The position numbers and the translations under genes are program-made. 50,014 nt of DNA from positions 1-50,014 of the IMG/VR virus record IMGVR_UViG_3300046719_000027; one strand, 5' to 3'. A model generated the notes under the pieces. The model was not told where the DNA came from. It was given only the letters and a program-made list of their open reading frames with translations, and made no database searches. Below are positions 36,650 through 44,192 of this stretch, piece by piece; position 1 is the first letter of the stretch, and every line of letters begins with the position of its first letter. The DNA is from a virus. Taxonomy: Duplodnaviria; Caudoviricetes.

Positions 36650-37605
36650 GCAGTGAACCGGCCCGGTTCTGGCGGTAGTCACGTACTAGCAACGGTCTAG
36701 TGAAGCTATCGAAGATGTAGAGGGTGCTGTGTGGAAGGGTAAAACACCTGCGGCGTGCCAGGAAAAGGCAACTCGTCTGTGGTCAGAAATCGCAATGTGC
36801 GACCGAAAACCTCATTCGGGGCGTTCGTCGGCTAGCAATTACCACAGTGGTGCAGATTCGGCCCCGAAAGGGGAGATGCGCAAAACCGGCATTCGTCGGA
36901 AGTACCCTAGGAACGTTCAATGCAATCTGAACGCATACCGTAGTGGCCGAGAAGTCAAAACGAACTGCCAGAGTTCGTATCGACTCGGTACCTTGCTCAT
37001 AGATGGGATTCAATCGACTAGCGGCGTTTCTACCGCTAGAACCGAAAAACTGAGAGGCAACTCAGCTAGGAGTCGAAAGACTAAGTAGCCAGAACCCAAG
37101 CGAGTAGCGTTAGCGCTCGTGCGTGACACGTTCGTAGTTGGGACCGGTGACGTATCCACGGCGAAGTGAGATCACATCAAACAGTCGCTACCAGGGAACG
37201 CGCCAAGAGTCTGAGAAACCTCCCTAAAGCTCTGAGATCGATTCTCCGGGCTAAGAACTGGCGAGACGAGCTAGAACACCACCTAGCGCTTAACGAGGCT
37301 TAGATAGCCTCCGAGAGCGCTAGAGACGGTTCTAGCGGGAATCTCGGCTAGTTCCCTACATCGGTTCTAGACCACCGCTAGGGTTCGTGCCAGTCACCAT
37401 AGAACTGGCCTACGAACTCAGAACCAACCAACTACCAGCCTAGTAAGTAGAGTGCCAAGGAAGTTAGTAGTTTGAACTCACTCAGTGAGAAAGCGAACAC
37501 TTCCAACGGTCTGCTGAATTCCCGGTAGCGTTCTGAGTTCACATCAGTTAGTCGAGCTGAGAGCTACGGGCGGGCACAAAATCCGTACCGCGTTCTCAGT
37601 TCCTA
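36650..37605 (+). ncRNA. Candidate large (~950 nt) structured non-coding RNA
   Basis: No convincing CDS; dense hairpins, GNRA loops and long-range complementarities; ends at the first twister ribozyme. Confidence 0.6.
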
Positions 37606-37677
37606 CTGTTGTAACCGTTCATAGTCAGATATCCAAAAGACTGACCTACTGCCTTAGTAGAACCGGGATGGCAACAG
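37606..37677 (+). ncRNA. Twister ribozyme T1 (expanded-L4 variant), predicted cut 37612^37613
   Basis: P1 CTGTTG/CAACAG, TAA..GATGG, P2 CCG/CGG, P4 GTCAG/CTGAC, pseudoknots CCA:TGG and TC:GA, P5 present. Confidence 0.8.
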
Positions 37678-37689
37678 AGAGATAAACCA

Positions 37690-37842
37690 ATGACCTACAT
37701 AGTCAAGTGGGAAACGCTGAACGGAAACGTTCTGTGCAAGCGCTTCACTGATTCCGCTCTGGCAGAGAAGTTCTATCAGCGCAAGCTCGATACCTCCGCC
37801 ACCTACGGCACTCAGTGGGTCGATATGGAGGCCATCAGCTAA
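37690..37842 (+). CDS. Small hypothetical protein (50 aa, not in ORF track)
   Basis: MTYIVKWETLNGNVLCKRF...; starts 12 nt after T1. Confidence 0.65.
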   Translation: MTYIVKWETLNGNVLCKRFTDSALAEKFYQRKLDTSATYGTQWVDMEAIS

Positions 37843-37986
37843 ATGAACTACATCATCACCTACACCAAGTACGGATGTGTTTTTCGTGCTCGGCGCGGTA
37901 CCAAGAGTGCCGCTGCTGAGCTAGCTCGTGATCTCAAGTCAAGCAACAATCTTCGCCCGGTTGACGTTTCGATCTATAAGGTGTGA
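37843..37986 (+). CDS. Small hypothetical protein (47 aa, not in ORF track)
   Basis: MNYIITYTKYGCVF...; SD GGAGG, TAAATG junction. Confidence 0.65.
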   Translation: MNYIITYTKYGCVFRARRGTKSAAAELARDLKSSNNLRPVDVSIYKV

Positions 37987-38020
37987 GACGATGTGAGAGT
38001 TCACATCGTCTCATCGATAG

Positions 38021-38090
38021 AGTTGTAACTAGTCACTGCGAGACATCCAAAAGACTCGCCCACCATTTAAGTGGAACTAGGATGGCAACT
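38021..38090 (+). ncRNA. Twister ribozyme T2 (expanded-L4 variant), cut 38026^38027
   Basis: P1 AGTTG/CAACT, P2 CTA/TAG, P4 GCGAG/CTCGC, CCA:TGG, TC:GA. Confidence 0.8.
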
Positions 38091-38105
38091 GAATCGGAGT
38101 TAGAC

Positions 38106-38312
38106 ATGGCACGTATCATCCGTACTTCTGCAATCGTGGCCGCTCTGTTCGTTGTTGGTGTTGGTCTCAACGCCGCTGCGGTCAGTGACGAGCGTCAGGT
38201 AGGAGTCCACGTCTACCATACCGCTTCCCGTACGGGCGTGTTCGTCGGCAACTGCTACGATTTCAGTTTCGGCGTGGACACTCAGAATGGCATCTACCGT
38301 GATGCCTGCTGA
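38106..38312 (+). CDS. Small secreted/membrane protein
   Basis: MARIIRTSAIVAALFVVG signal-like start; SD GGAG; start corrected from track. Confidence 0.65.
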   Translation: MARIIRTSAIVAALFVVGVGLNAAAVSDERQVGVHVYHTASRTGVFVGNCYDFSFGVDTQNGIYRDAC

Positions 38313-38318
38313 GTGTCC

Positions 38319-38389
38319 GAACTGTAAATGGTCAATGTGAGATATTCCAAAGACTCACCTAGCACTAGCTAGTACCATGAGGACAGTTC
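38319..38389 (+). ncRNA. Twister ribozyme T3 (expanded-L4 variant), cut 38325^38326
   Basis: P1 GAACTG/CAGTTC, P2 ATG/CAT, P4 GTGAG/CTCAC, TCC:GGA, TC:GA. Confidence 0.8.
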
Positions 38390-38406
38390 CTAGAAAGGAA
38401 ATAGAA

Positions 38407-38667
38407 ATGGCTCAGTTTGTTATCCGTGAGAAGTCCACCAAGCCCTCTTTCGCCGATCAGCTCCCGAACGCGACTGAGTTCGCCAAGGATCATCCGTTTG
38501 GAACTGAGGCCGACTTCGGCGATGGTGTCGTCTACGTTCTGACCGCTCCTCGTGACTGTTCGTGGCAGCCGAAGCGTGGTCGGGCCGCTGGTTCCACCAA
38601 CAGCACCAAGGCAACTGCTGGGCCGGAGACGGCTCCCGAGTCCAAGCCTGAGAAGCCTGCCAAGTAG
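38407..38667 (+). CDS. Hypothetical protein
   Basis: MAQFVIREK...; SD AAGGA. Confidence 0.7.
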   Translation: MAQFVIREKSTKPSFADQLPNATEFAKDHPFGTEADFGDGVVYVLTAPRDCSWQPKRGRAAGSTNSTKATAGPETAPESKPEKPAK

Positions 38668-38712
38668 CCCAGACCTGAGAGTGGGAAATCAATTCCCACT
38701 CTCACTGATTCG

Positions 38713-38776
38713 TACTGTAAAGCTACCTAGCTCATGCTAGCTGGTCTAAAGTCCAGATAAAATGCTGATAGCAGTA
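38713..38776 (+). ncRNA. Twister ribozyme T4, cut 38718^38719
   Basis: TACTG TAA AGC TAC [P3] CTGG TCTAAAGT CCAG .. GCT GATAG CAGTA. Confidence 0.9.
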
Positions 38777-38788
38777 AGGAGTTAGACA

Positions 38789-39007
38789 TTGGGATTGAAG
38801 CCAGGTTCGCTAGCCTTTCGTCGGATCGTCAACTACGATCCTGTTACTCGCATCGCAACTCTTTCTTGCGATCATACCGTCACTGGTATTTGGCCTGACA
38901 CTGCTACCAAATCACATCTGGCTTGTGTGAAGTGTGAGCGTCCACACCGAACCACCCGACCACGTCAGCGCAAACCATTTTGGCTGACTGGTGTACCAGT
39001 CGCCTAG
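38789..39007 (+). CDS. Small Zn-binding protein
   Basis: LSCDH...CVKC; SD AAGGAG, TTG start. Confidence 0.6.
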   Translation: MGLKPGSLAFRRIVNYDPVTRIATLSCDHTVTGIWPDTATKSHLACVKCERPHRTTRPRQRKPFWLTGVPVA

Positions 39008-39025
39008 AACTCTGGAGACAACCTC

Positions 39026-39157
39026 ATGTGTGATTTTCACCGTGCCATGAACATTCCCGCTGATTGGTGGGCGCGCAAGGATCGCAAGATGTTGCGCCGT
39101 ATTGCCAAGCGGCGCTTGCGGCACACTCTCCGTTGCCGCATCTCCAACTACCGTTAG
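39026..39157 (+). CDS. Small Arg-rich protein (43 aa, not in ORF track)
   Basis: MCDFHRAMNIPADWWARKDRKMLRRIAKRRLR...; SD GGAG. Confidence 0.55.
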   Translation: MCDFHRAMNIPADWWARKDRKMLRRIAKRRLRHTLRCRISNYR

Positions 39158-39159
39158 AA

Positions 39160-39221
39160 GCGTTAACCTCTCTAGTCAGAGTCATACACTCTGCTACACA
39201 TCTAAAGAGAGTGATAGGCGC
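39160..39221 (+). ncRNA. Degenerate/minimal twister-like element
   Basis: GCGT TAA .. TCTAAAGA .. GATAG GCGC retained, but P4 reduced to ~1 bp. Confidence 0.45.
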
Positions 39222-39231
39222 AGGTTTTTAT

Positions 39232-39396
39232 ATGCTTTCTATCACGGTTAAGCTCACCAATGGCGATGCCATCGAATTCTCTGCCCCAAACGAGTACACA
39301 GAGTTCAAAATGGTCGGCTCTGACGCATCCCTGCCCACGGATGTCGCTCTTTACCTCGACAATCTCTATTCGTTCGCCGACCATGTCAACTCTTAA
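39232..39396 (+). CDS. Small hypothetical protein
   Basis: MLSITVKLTNGDAIEF...; start corrected from track. Confidence 0.6.
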   Translation: MLSITVKLTNGDAIEFSAPNEYTEFKMVGSDASLPTDVALYLDNLYSFADHVNS

Positions 39397-39404
39397 CGCT
39401 TTGC

Positions 39405-39473
39405 AACTGTAAACCTACCAAGCCGGTCTAAAGTCCGGAACCTACTATTTAGTAGGAAATGGTGATAGCAGTT
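39405..39473 (+). ncRNA. Twister ribozyme T5, cut 39410^39411
   Basis: AACTG TAA ACC TAC .. CCGG TCTAAAGT CCGG [P5] GGT GATAG CAGTT. Confidence 0.92.
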
Positions 39474-39492
39474 CACAAAAAGGAATACATAA

Positions 39493-39762
39493 ATGAGCAT
39501 TTTTGATAACGTCACTGTTGGCGATGACAACCGCAGGCCAGTCAAGGCTCACGGTGCCTATACTGATAGGGATTTCATCATCACCAACCTGCGCGCGTCA
39601 GTAGATTTCGCGCGGAACTACGCTGGTGATCGATCCCTGGCCATGGCCATGCTGCTGGGATCTCTGGGAACGATCGTTTCCGGACTTTCTGGAATCCCTC
39701 ACAATGAAATTCAAGATCTGATTACTCAGCTCTGGGAGGATAATCCCAATTGGAACCGTTGA
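39493..39762 (+). CDS. Hypothetical protein (paralog of 42796-42993)
   Basis: SD AAGGA; VSGLSGIPHNEIQDLI motif. Confidence 0.7.
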   Translation: MSIFDNVTVGDDNRRPVKAHGAYTDRDFIITNLRASVDFARNYAGDRSLAMAMLLGSLGTIVSGLSGIPHNEIQDLITQLWEDNPNWNR

Positions 39763-39768
39763 TTGGTA

Positions 39769-39831
39769 GCTGTAACCTGGCCAGTTCACTGAACTGAGAG
39801 TCTAAAGCCTCTATAAACTAGTGATAGCAGT
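39769..39831 (+). ncRNA. Twister ribozyme T6, cut 39773^39774
   Basis: GCTG TAA CCT GGC [P3] AGAG TCTAAAGC CTCT .. AGT GATAG CAGT (one P2 mismatch). Confidence 0.8.
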
Positions 39832-39852
39832 GAGTTGGGAGACTACATCTTT

Positions 39853-40092
39853 ATGTATCACTTCTTTGTTATGGCCGCGTGTCTGGTTGGACTTGTAATC
39901 AACAGCATTTTCGGTTGGGTTCATTTTTCCAACAACGATCTAGCCTGCCTCGTGTTCGCAGTCGCACTCGTCATCATGATCGATCTTCGGATCATCACCA
40001 ACGGACTCAGTAGCGCTTTTCAGACCATCTACGATAACCACACTGTTATCGCTCGTGGTCTGGACATCATCAACGCTAAGCTAGCCAAGTAA
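39853..40092 (+). CDS. Two-TM membrane protein
   Basis: Hydrophobic N-terminal half; SD GGGAG. Confidence 0.65.
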   Translation: MYHFFVMAACLVGLVINSIFGWVHFSNNDLACLVFAVALVIMIDLRIITNGLSSAFQTIYDNHTVIARGLDIINAKLAK

Positions 40093-40110
40093 CTAGCTTA
40101 GTCAGTTCGA

Positions 40111-40171
40111 AACTGTAAACCTACCCTTATGGGCCGTCTAAAGTCGGCATGAGAAAATGGTGATAGCAGTT
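40111..40171 (+). ncRNA. Twister ribozyme T7, cut 40116^40117
   Basis: AACTG TAA ACC TAC .. GCCG TCTAAAGT CGGC .. GGT GATAG CAGTT. Confidence 0.92.
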
Positions 40172-40189
40172 GCATGGGAGAAAAATCCT

Positions 40190-40648
40190 ATGGTGCATGA
40201 GCACACTGACTTTCTAGATTGTCAGTGTTCCTACATGGAAAAGATCGTTCTCAATCCTTCTCAAGTTGCCTTGGATGCTTTGGACAACTTGCAAGGTATT
40301 GAGTTCGATACCATGGTCGGGCGCGGACTCAGTGGCGCATTGGTGATTCCAAAGCTTGCCGATCACTTCGGAGTTCACTGGTACATCGTGAGAAAGCCTA
40401 CCGATTCATCACATAGCACTCTTCTTGGAGAGGGTAGGATGGGCCGCAAGTGGCTTTTCGTGGACGATCTCATTTCCAGTGGCACTACTCTGCACCATAC
40501 AACTCTAGCCATAGAAGAACTCTGCAAAAGGATGAATTGGCAAACCGAATTTGCGGGAGCATACCTGTTCGGAGAATTTCTGGACAGTGAGCCTGTGTAC
40601 CGATCGCCAGAATGGGTCAAATCGTTCATGGCCTATAAGATTTTCTAG
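40190..40648 (+). CDS. Type I phosphoribosyltransferase-like protein
   Basis: VGRGLSG, IVRK, PRPP loop LFVDDLISSGTT. Confidence 0.85.
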   Translation: MVHEHTDFLDCQCSYMEKIVLNPSQVALDALDNLQGIEFDTMVGRGLSGALVIPKLADHFGVHWYIVRKPTDSSHSTLLGEGRMGRKWLFVDDLISSGTTLHHTTLAIEELCKRMNWQTEFAGAYLFGEFLDSEPVYRSPEWVKSFMAYKIF

Positions 40649-40698
40649 CTCCGCCGTTGCCTGTCCAGTGAATGACAATCACTGTCCAGGCAACTGGC

Positions 40699-40763
40699 CC
40701 GTAAACCTACTTATATCCGTCTAAAGTCGGAGACTGGCAAATAGTCAGGAATGGTGATAGCGG
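40699..40763 (+). ncRNA. Twister ribozyme T8, cut 40702^40703
   Basis: CCG TAA ACC TAC .. TCCG TCTAAAGT CGGA [P5] GGT GATAG CGG. Confidence 0.88.
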
Positions 40764-40786
40764 TACCTGAAAAAAGGAACATTGAT

Positions 40787-40978
40787 ATGGCCAAGAATTC
40801 CAAGCGCGTCAGCACCACTGCCCGCCGCCGTCCCAATCGCACGGAAACCAAGGCTACTTGCCTCACCCGTACCGTGGGACGCTCTGAGGCGGCCGCTACG
40901 GCGCCGAACCTGCCCGGGTTGGCGTGGAAGCTCTCGCCGGCAGGAACGTGGTCCTACGTGGTTCTGAGCGGCTCCTAG
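40787..40978 (+). CDS. Small basic protein
   Basis: MAKNSKRVSTTARRR...; SD AAGGA. Confidence 0.65.
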   Translation: MAKNSKRVSTTARRRPNRTETKATCLTRTVGRSEAAATAPNLPGLAWKLSPAGTWSYVVLSGS

Positions 40979-41107
40979 CCATGGTCAGAAACTATCAAGA
41001 CTATCGTAGGTTGGGCTGGAGTCGATACCGTTCGTTCATGCTGGCCTTTTACGATCTTCCGATCTTCAATTAGTGGAGTGAGATATCTCACTCCACTTCT
41101 GTTCCAA

Positions 41108-41163
41108 ACCGTAAAGCTGCTGATACTGGTCTAAAGCCCAGATGAAAAAATGCTGATAGCGGT
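41108..41163 (+). ncRNA. Twister ribozyme T9, cut 41112^41113
   Basis: ACCG TAA AGC TGC .. CTGG TCTAAAGC CCAG .. GCT GATAG CGGT. Confidence 0.92.
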
Positions 41164-41182
41164 AATTGAAAAAGGAAAGGTT

Positions 41183-41575
41183 ATGAGGTATTCGGTTCTC
41201 GATTCTGACATCACGGCAGAATCAAGAGTTGGCGCCGATGGAAAGCGCTACACCGTTAGGGTTTGGCAGAATGCCGGGCGATATCAGTCGGAACTGATTC
41301 TCTGCGCAGCATTCGACTCGGCTAGTCAACTCTGCGATGCCAGTGTTAGCGATTCGGATTCTGGAGAGACGTTCGCTGACTATTTCAAGGCTCCATTTGG
41401 ACTGGATACTTTGGAGTGCGGCCCAGAGCTGACAGAGTCAGAGATCGCCTACGCCAATACGTTTTTTGGTGCCAAGCTGTACTACTCTGGCGACGGTTTC
41501 GTATTCCTTCGGTTTTTGTATTCGGAGCGCGAATACGAACTCAACTACAGTCATAGCGTCGAGAGTGCAGGTTAA
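41183..41575 (+). CDS. Hypothetical protein
   Basis: MRYSVLDSD...; SD AAGGA. Confidence 0.7.
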   Translation: MRYSVLDSDITAESRVGADGKRYTVRVWQNAGRYQSELILCAAFDSASQLCDASVSDSDSGETFADYFKAPFGLDTLECGPELTESEIAYANTFFGAKLYYSGDGFVFLRFLYSEREYELNYSHSVESAG

Positions 41576-41596
41576 TTCCTGCACTCTCTCTCTTCT

Positions 41597-41656
41597 GGAA
41601 AGTAAAGCCGCTAAAACCCGTCTAAAGCCGGGATGCAAAAGTGCTGATAGCTTTTC
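41597..41656 (+). ncRNA. Twister ribozyme T10, cut 41603^41604
   Basis: GGAAAG TAA AGC CGC .. CCCG TCTAAAGC CGGG .. GCT GATAG CTTTTC (P1 fully covaried). Confidence 0.9.
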
Positions 41657-41678
41657 AATGCTCATCGGGAGAAGAAAT

Positions 41679-42041
41679 ATGAGCAAGTACGCGCGGGAAA
41701 TGGAATTGGCTGTTGAGGCTGGTCTCTCGGCATGGATCGCTCCCGACGGTACTTTTCACGCCGTCCCTGAATGCGGACACGAGAGATACTGTCGCGAGCA
41801 TATCTTCGGTCTGCAACCTAATTCCTATGACTTCTGGCAGCACGATGGCGCCAGCAAGCTGGAGAGTCAGGGTTGGCTGCATATCAGTGGTGGCCATGTC
41901 TACCGTAAGGCATCCGTCACTCAGAGTCAGGTAGATATCCTTTTCGACTTCGCTTGTATAGTCGAAAAGAGAGGATATCGTCCTTACGGATTCAAGGCCC
42001 TACAGGAAGGCTTGCATAATCTGATTGAACTTATGTCGTGA
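41679..42041 (+). CDS. Hypothetical protein
   Basis: MSKYAREMEL...WIAPDGTFH..H; SD GGGAG. Confidence 0.7.
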   Translation: MSKYAREMELAVEAGLSAWIAPDGTFHAVPECGHERYCREHIFGLQPNSYDFWQHDGASKLESQGWLHISGGHVYRKASVTQSQVDILFDFACIVEKRGYRPYGFKALQEGLHNLIELMS

Positions 42042-42047
42042 CTTCGC

Positions 42048-42108
42048 ACTGTAAACCTGCCTAGAATATCTAGCCTGTCTAAAGCCAGGATAAAAAGGTG
42101 ATAGCAGT
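42048..42108 (+). ncRNA. Twister ribozyme T11, cut 42052^42053
   Basis: ACTG TAA ACC TGC [P3] CCTG TCTAAAGC CAGG .. GGT GATAG CAGT. Confidence 0.92.
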
Positions 42109-42128
42109 TTTGGAAAAGGAACATAGTT

Positions 42129-42389
42129 ATGTATGTGGATGTTCGCTGGAGTATGGCTGGTCACGAGGGTGAGTATGTTGTGCATCTGCCAGCGACGTTG
42201 GAGTCTGTGAGAATCCCCGGATTTCAGAACGATCCTAGGTATCATCATCTTAAGGAGCTACTGGTTCCAAGACTTTCGGACTATATGATTCTCGACAGAG
42301 GTACTCGCATCGAAATCGTTGGCGAGAGAAATGACGATCTCGTGCACGATGCCTTCTTTGGGCTCGGCTATATCGTTAATAGTGAGTAA
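42129..42389 (+). CDS. Hypothetical protein
   Basis: SD AAGGA. Confidence 0.7.
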   Translation: MYVDVRWSMAGHEGEYVVHLPATLESVRIPGFQNDPRYHHLKELLVPRLSDYMILDRGTRIEIVGERNDDLVHDAFFGLGYIVNSE

Positions 42390-42395
42390 GAATTA

Positions 42396-42614
42396 ATGAG
42401 TTATCGTAGTCAGAAACTGGCGCTAGCCTTGAGTCTAGCAATCGTCTGGATCGGCGGTTTTGGCTTTGGCATGACCTACATGTCATCGTTTCACCCGCAT
42501 TTCTACGGATCATCAGAGACTGCCAACACTGGTGTGGTTATCATGGATTGTGGTCTCGGATTCGAGTTTCGAGGATCTCCAGGATTCTTCATTGAGACTG
42601 AGTGCAACACCTAA
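42396..42614 (+). CDS. Small membrane/secreted protein
   Basis: N-terminal TM, two Cys. Confidence 0.6.
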   Translation: MSYRSQKLALALSLAIVWIGGFGFGMTYMSSFHPHFYGSSETANTGVVIMDCGLGFEFRGSPGFFIETECNT

Positions 42615-42719
42615 CACGTACTCAATGGACGGCAATAGGTATAATCTGGGTTGGTGGATTGGTTATGGGATGGGGAATTGGATTCATTATGGGTTCGCTA
42701 ATCCATCTACTTTAGGTTC

Positions 42720-42779
42720 GTAGTTGTAATGACACCGTAGGCCGTCTAAAGTCGGCATGAGAAAGTCAGATAGCACTAC
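42720..42779 (+). ncRNA. Twister ribozyme T12, cut 42727^42728
   Basis: GTAGTTG TAA TGA CAC .. GCCG TCTAAAGT CGGC .. TCA GATAG CACTAC. Confidence 0.88.
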
Positions 42780-42795
42780 AAACTAGGAGCATCCA

Positions 42796-42993
42796 ATGAT
42801 TATCAATCTCACGATGAGCAAGGAAAGTGTACTCAAGTCAATCAGGGATGACGTGAATAGTTCTCTGATTTATCCAGATGTGAAGATGCGTGCGGCTACA
42901 ATGCTTTCTAATCTCACTTTCACTGTTTCTGACGTCACCGGCATACCTCAGTCAGAGATATCTGATATCGTCAAGCAGATTTTTAATGAGTGA
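42796..42993 (+). CDS. Hypothetical protein (paralog of 39493-39762)
   Basis: SD AGGAG; VSDVTGIPQSEISDIV. Confidence 0.7.
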   Translation: MIINLTMSKESVLKSIRDDVNSSLIYPDVKMRAATMLSNLTFTVSDVTGIPQSEISDIVKQIFNE

Positions 42994-42999
42994 TTCGGA

Positions 43000-43055
43000 A
43001 CTGTAAAACCGCCATAGCCCGTTCAAAGCCGGGATGAAAAAGTGTTGATGACAGT
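43000..43055 (+). ncRNA. Twister ribozyme T13, cut 43004^43005
   Basis: ACTG TAA AAC CGC .. CCCG TTCAAAGC CGGG .. GTT GATGA CAGT (TCA:TGA covariant). Confidence 0.92.
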
Positions 43056-43076
43056 CTAAGGGGAGAAAAAAGCCTC

Positions 43077-43571
43077 ATGTCTGAGAATGTTGCGGTTTAT
43101 GATACTGCGGCAAAATACGCTACCAAATGGCTTAGCATCAATTGCGATTGGCCTACTCGAATTGGGTCAATGGAATTCCTGGGATGTGGTAGTGTTCGTG
43201 CAGCCTACAGCATTCCCGGCGGAGCAACAGTTCTTAAGGTTTCCGGTGAAATTGATAATGAGCAACACGATGCGGAAATCATGATTTGGGAATCGGCCCC
43301 GCCAAGGTTGCGCGAGCATTTGGCTGCGATCCATTTCTATGGCGAGGGCTGGATCATCGCCGAACGCGCTACGATAGTGGAAAAATCAGAATTTGACTCT
43401 AGCGACGAAATCTATTACTGGACGCGGCACATGGAAGATTATTGGGGAATTACGGATCTCCGATTCAACCGCTGCAATGTCGGTCGTAAGGCCAATGGCA
43501 AGCTTTGCGCGGTTGATTACTCCGGTGGCTACAATCTCCCAAATATGAGCAATTGGGCCGCTATGGCCTAG
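43077..43571 (+). CDS. Minimal protein-kinase-like fold protein
   Basis: G-loop LGCGSVRAAY, VLKV Lys, alphaC Glu, catalytic DLRFNRCN, VDY. Confidence 0.7.
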   Translation: MSENVAVYDTAAKYATKWLSINCDWPTRIGSMEFLGCGSVRAAYSIPGGATVLKVSGEIDNEQHDAEIMIWESAPPRLREHLAAIHFYGEGWIIAERATIVEKSEFDSSDEIYYWTRHMEDYWGITDLRFNRCNVGRKANGKLCAVDYSGGYNLPNMSNWAAMA

Positions 43572-43584
43572 TTCATGGGTTCGG

Positions 43585-43648
43585 AACTGTAAACCTGCCT
43601 AGCTTAGCTAGAGAGTCTAAAGCCTCTGAAAAAATGGTGATAGCAGTT
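43585..43648 (+). ncRNA. Twister ribozyme T14, cut 43590^43591
   Basis: AACTG TAA ACC TGC [P3] AGAG TCTAAAGC CTCT .. GGT GATAG CAGTT. Confidence 0.92.
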
Positions 43649-43666
43649 GATACAAAAGGAATTTAC

Positions 43667-43981
43667 ATGGCGGACTACAATCCGTGGGTCACAGTGGGTT
43701 GGGTAAATATTGACGAGTACCTTTATAAGGTGCGCGTCAATGGTTACCAGATTCTCCACCAAGATGAGCAAATTCTGGTTGTGAGAATTCCGCCCGATGC
43801 TGGCAGAATTGTTCATTGGCACATCTTGGAATGGTCTAATTCCGATCCTGTACATCGGATGATGTGGCTTAGCCAGACGATTCGTAGGGCGCGGATGCGT
43901 GAGGTGCTCGTGCATCGATTGGGTGCCGAAAAGGGTAACTCAATCATTGATGACGCTTCAAAGATGGAGGCAAGCGGTTAA
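43667..43981 (+). CDS. Hypothetical protein
   Basis: MADYNPWVTVG...; SD AAGGA; start corrected. Confidence 0.7.
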   Translation: MADYNPWVTVGWVNIDEYLYKVRVNGYQILHQDEQILVVRIPPDAGRIVHWHILEWSNSDPVHRMMWLSQTIRRARMREVLVHRLGAEKGNSIIDDASKMEASG

Positions 43982-43983
43982 AA

Positions 43984-44172
43984 ATGCTAAATGATGTCGA
44001 CATTAGGGGGGTTGCTACCAATCTTCGCAAGTTGGCAAGCGATCCACTTCTAAAGAAGAGATTCACTTCAGAAACGCGCAAGGATATGAATGATCTTGCC
44101 AATACGATCATGGCTGCATATCCTAGTTCTGATGTGCCGCTGGTTTCTTACCAGAGTGAGCGTCCTAAGTAA
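43984..44172 (+). CDS. Hypothetical protein
   Basis: 62 aa, starts 2 nt after previous stop. Confidence 0.6.
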   Translation: MLNDVDIRGVATNLRKLASDPLLKKRFTSETRKDMNDLANTIMAAYPSSDVPLVSYQSERPK

Positions 44173-44192
44173 CACTCACTCTTGGATCTTAG

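Noticed and set aside
36500-36650. Promoter for the early/ribozyme transcript
   Set aside because: Only partial hexamers (TTGCTA, CATACT, TTTACA) with unsuitable spacing, so no promoter was called
36724-37088. Track ORFs in the structured non-coding region
   Set aside because: No SD or recognisable motifs, mutually overlapping, and composition explained by RNA stems
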